Origin: Fimicolochytrium jonesii
Lineage: Eukaryota
Direction of reading: 5' to 3'
Length of the DNA stretch: 64,000 nucleotides
NCBI RefSeq assembly: GCF_025526975.1
Contig: NW_026515670.1
Location: 434,001 to 498,000 of the forward strand
The notes under the pieces were generated by a model. It made no database searches. It worked only from the letters and a program-made list of their open reading frames with translations, and was not told the DNA's origin. The position numbers and the translations under genes are program-made. Shown here piece by piece: positions 62,101-64,000 of this stretch. Numbering within the stretch: the stretch's first letter is position 1; every line of letters starts with the position of its first letter.

Positions 62101-64000
62101 CCTGCCGCCAAGAGGTGTTCCTGATCTTCGTGATTCTCTTGCAGACCAGCAAGCAGTTTAATTCCTTGCGCCATTTGACCAAGATTGGAAGTCATCGTTA
62201 CGATGTTTGCCCCAATGACCTCGTAATCCATTTCTTCCATTGCACCTGTTGCGTTGTTCACCAAAGATCCTGCCGCCGCAAGATTTGCAATAATCTGAGC
62301 GGCAACGGCCTCGGCGTTTACGTCCACAGTGTTTTGCTTCCACTGAACTGCTGCAGCGTCGTTACCGAGCGGAGGTAGGTTGGTTGCGTGATTCATGTCG
62401 TTTGCCGCATTGTTAACCATAGCAAATCCATTACTGATACTCTGCATGACAGTTTGTTGAGCTCCAGAAATTTCCGACGTTCGTGCGGTATAACCGCCTC
62501 CAACTACACCATACTGCACTGGATATATGTTCGCTCCCGTGCGACCCCATCCGGCCCTCATCCCATCTGCCATCATCGTAGGTTGAGACATCTTCGTTTC
62601 CACGGCTGTTCTTGCACCGGCAGTAACAACGCCAACATTGGTGGCTCGACTCGGTGTCACATATTCCTCTAGAGTTGCTTGCTCCTCCTCGTCAATTTCC
62701 ACCACCTTTTCTGCTTCCTTCCGCTTCTTGATGATGATGTCAATATACCCTGCGATCAGTTGCGAAATTTGCTCCCCCTCTTTCGTCCGAACTGAGAAGT
62801 ATGCCTCAGCATAATCTCCGAAGTCCATGGTGAAACTGTTAGGTGACGCCGCCCAGCGACGCAACTGTGTCAGACGCCATTCACGGATGATTTCTTTGGT
62901 GAGTGGATCCAATTTGACAACACTCTGCTTGGTAATGCCGAGTAACATCGCGGAATCTTTCTTCTTCTTGGCTGTCTCGTCCTCGACGTAGAAGAAGGTA
63001 ATGCCGTAGGTTTTCAGCGACCGTGAGAGCTGTACATATCGAAATTTGGCATTGAGCTCCGTCAAGCCTTGCAGTTTACTGTGCTCCGTATAGATCCGCT
63101 TCTCCAGATTCTTGTCCTTCTGGTATTCTGGAGGGATGTATTCCTTTACCCTGCACACAGACACCGCCAACAAGTCAACGAGGGGCCTCACAGACGAGCG
63201 GTCAACATCGGCACTTACTTGATGAACCCAGCTTTGTGTTTGTCGGGCTCGTGATTTCCATACTGGACTTGCATTTGAATGGCAGCAAATTGACAGGCCT
63301 CCTCGGCTGTACAGGGATGCTTGCCGGAAATGATCATCTCCTTCGCCTGGTTGAACATCAGGTTCAACTGCACCGGATCGTTTCGGTCAATGTTTTGATC
63401 AGTGAAGAAGAACTTTTTTTTCAGCATGACCGTATCTTCTTCGTTGACGCCTTGTTCTCGCAGGGTCTTGTCCGGGTGAAGCCATTTGGTTTGGTCCCCT
63501 GCTAACGTGTCCAGACCAACCTTTGCTTTCGGTTGAGTCTTAGCGTCCTTTCCCACGCCTTGTTGCGCGGCCTCCAACGATCTCTCAGGCAAAATGGAGT
63601 ATTCCTCGGGGTTTTGGATGCCTATCCTCTCGCAAATAATTTCGACAAGTTGCTGTACATTTAGACTTTCGTCGATGAGAACCGTCTTGACGCTGTTGTC
63701 CATCGTTTTCACTTTTAGCGGACGATGCTTCTTTCGATATTCTAATGAATCGCCGGACACGAGGTCGTAGAAGTCAAGAAGCTTCGATGGCTGCAGCCAT
63801 TTCCCAGAATCGGGGGCCATGAGTCCATGATCTTGACCACCGGCACCCTCGCCGAACTTTTCACGGATTTCCCGGCAAACTTCATATACTGACATATCGC
63901 CCGAAAACTAAATTCAAAGGGGAGTGAGTGAAGACTTCCCATACAATGCTTGCCACGCTGCACGAACCTGCATAGTCTTCGTGAGGCCTAAGCCCACCGC
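56110..64000 (-). CDS. TLN: talin (FERM head, rod, I/LWEQ), 5' end outside the window
   Basis: KKFFFTDQNIDRNDPVQLNL, SLKTYGITFF, RRWAASPNSFTMDFGDY, ISQLIAGYIDII, helical rod, DGTWSDGLVSAAK and ILKMEKELEKARMKL. Confidence 0.96.

Overview
Intron-rich eukaryotic DNA. Talin, Spindly, the short GT-AG introns and the fungal-type genes together suggest an early-diverging fungus, probably a chytrid (inference). Bases 1-12.6 kb are a nest of LTR retroelements: a Ty1/copia element with a chromodomain after its integrase, a Ty3/gypsy chromovirus containing a solo LTR and a tRNA-Glu-like fragment, and a second copia 3' end. Both LTR families appear to carry antisense accessory genes with their own TATA boxes. 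The one in the gypsy element is a 4-exon gene, missed by the ORF track, that encodes two RING-like zinc fingers. Bases 23.2-31.1 kb hold a degenerate, intron-containing Fanzor (eukaryotic TnpB-like RNA-guided nuclease) with a candidate omegaRNA. It lies just upstream of CTF18 and is split by a second chromovirus that has a clear -1 frameshift signal. Host genes are CTF18, RPP2, Spindly, a GST with a cryptic spliced peroxisomal signal, a BAR/AH protein, REV1, an FtsX-type permease, a TM-SH3 protein, STN1, talin (partial), a 9-exon secreted N/Q/H-rich protein and a secreted protein with five 6-Cys repeats. All exon models were read by eye and no database search was run.
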